The translations under genes and the position numbers were made by a program. From positions 8,341-72,340 of the IMG/VR virus record IMGVR_UViG_3300028024_000077: a DNA stretch of 64,000 bases, one strand, 5' to 3'. How positions within the stretch are numbered: position 1 is the stretch's first letter; each line of letters opens with the position of its first letter. The DNA comes from a virus. The notes under the pieces are model-generated. The model was not told the origin of the DNA, did not search any database, and saw only the letters and a list, made by a program, of their open reading frames with translations. Positions 62,871-64,000 of the stretch are shown here, piece after piece.

Positions 62871-64000
62871 ATGACCGACCAAGCAGAACAGCAACGGCTC
62901 AAGGCGTTTCTTGAGCGCCGCCATCCCCGTTATAACGAATTCGTATGCCAATGGGACTTTTTGGAGTCCTGCTACGAAGGCGGTCGCGCTTGGTTTGAAG
63001 GCAACATCTTCAAATACCTGAAGGAAGGCCCGAAGGAATACCAAGACCGCGTCAGCCGCGCCTATCGCTTCAACCACTCCCGCGAAGTGGTCGATCTGGT
63101 CAACAAATACATCTTCAAGGGCAAGATCGAGCGCAACGAGGACGACGCGCCGGACGAGATCAAGCAGTTCTGGGAGCATGCGACCCTGAATGGCGGTTGC
63201 ATCGACACCTTCATGCGCTACTCGTCCACCAAGGCGTCAACCTTTGGCTGCGCCTATATCGTCGTCGATAGCTCGGCCAAGGGCGAGATCCTGACCAAAG
63301 CCGATGAGAAGGCGGCCGGTCTGCGTGTTTATGCCTACCTGGTTAAGCCCCAGGACATGCTCGACATTTCCTTTGACGACAATGGCGAGATTAATTGGTG
63401 TCTGATCCGCGAAGTCTACCGCGACGACGGCGATCCGATCGACTCCAGCGGCGAGTGCGACTACCAGTATCGCCTATGGATGCGCGATCAGTGGCAGCTC
63501 TACCGGATCAGGCGCGAAGGTCGCAAGCAGGTTATCTATCTCGACAGCACCGGCCCGAACCAGATTGGCGTTGTCCCGGTCATCAAGCTCGATCATGTGG
63601 ATAGCGACGACAAGTGGACGGCGCCCTCGCTGATCGGCGAGATTGGCTACCTGGATCGCGCCGTCGCCAACTACCTGTCCAACCTGGATGCGATCATCCA
63701 GGATCAGACGTTCAGCCAGTTGGCGATGCCCGGCCAGGCGCTTATGCCCGGCGACGACACGCACAACGCTCTGCTGGAACTCGGCACGAAGCGGATCTTC
63801 ATCTACAACGGCGAGAGTGGGGCGGCGCCCCAGTTCATTTCGCCCGACCCGAAACAGGCAACTGTCATCATCGGGGTGATCAACAAGATCATCTCGGAGA
63901 TCTATCACACCGTCGGTATGGCCGGCGAGCGCACGAAGCAGGACAACGCCCAAGGCATCGACAACTCGTCCGGTGTTGCTAAGGCGTATGACTTCGAGCG
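62871..64000 (+). CDS. portal protein, 3'-truncated by window edge (not in track)
   Basis: Hand translation MTDQAEQQRLKAFLERRHP..CYEGG..EY..RV.RAY.FN...IG.VPVI...SGVAKAYDF; open to end. Confidence 0.85.
   Translation, partial: MTDQAEQQRLKAFLERRHPRYNEFVCQWDFLESCYEGGRAWFEGNIFKYLKEGPKEYQDRVSRAYRFNHSREVVDLVNKYIFKGKIERNEDDAPDEIKQFWEHATLNGGCIDTFMRYSSTKASTFGCAYIVVDSSAKGEILTKADEKAAGLRVYAYLVKPQDMLDISFDDNGEINWCLIREVYRDDGDPIDSSGECDYQYRLWMRDQWQLYRIRREGRKQVIYLDSTGPNQIGVVPVIKLDHVDSDDKWTAPSLIGEIGYLDRAVANYLSNLDAIIQDQTFSQLAMPGQALMPGDDTHNALLELGTKRIFIYNGESGAAPQFISPDPKQATVIIGVINKIISEIYHTVGMAGERTKQDNAQGIDNSSGVAKAYDFE

Overview
All 64 kb belong to a large, GC-rich tailed phage. The gene order resembles SSU5/pHCM2-like phage-plasmids, and the host is probably an alphaproteobacterium (both inference). 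Layout from left to right: (1) 1-20.1 kb, replication, recombination and nucleotide supply: DnaE with a fused degenerate UDG domain, gp32-like SSB, 5'-3' exonuclease, RecA, SbcDC, RuvC, class II RNR, ThyX, dUTPase, DnaQ. (2) 20.6-38.4 kb, small accessory genes including a DUF4942-type adenine MTase, a cupin, a (p)ppGpp-hydrolase-type HD protein, a SleB-like hydrolase and a ~600-nt highly structured non-coding gap. (3) 37.7-42.5 kb, a largely non-coding control region with phased CCATGG arrays, a G-quadruplex-like tract, a minigene and a small hydrophobic peptide. (4) 42.7-49.7 kb, a membrane-protein island, then a leftward block with a minimal protein kinase, dNMP kinase, RHH protein and SF2 helicase. 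(5) 49.8-64 kb, a ParB-like/ABC-ATPase/GNAT module, terminase, a virion fibre cassette and the start of the portal. No integrase, Rep, tRNA or CRISPR array was recognised. Best leads: the candidate giant ncRNA (GOLLD/ROOL-like, 28.17-28.76 kb); an 18-bp operator found about 28 times across the window; three diverged winged-helix-like paralogues with a shared leader, two of them bracketing the CCATGG arrays; the packaging-linked ParB/ATPase/GNAT module; and nested inverted repeats before terS. All family calls come from motifs read by eye; no database searches were run.
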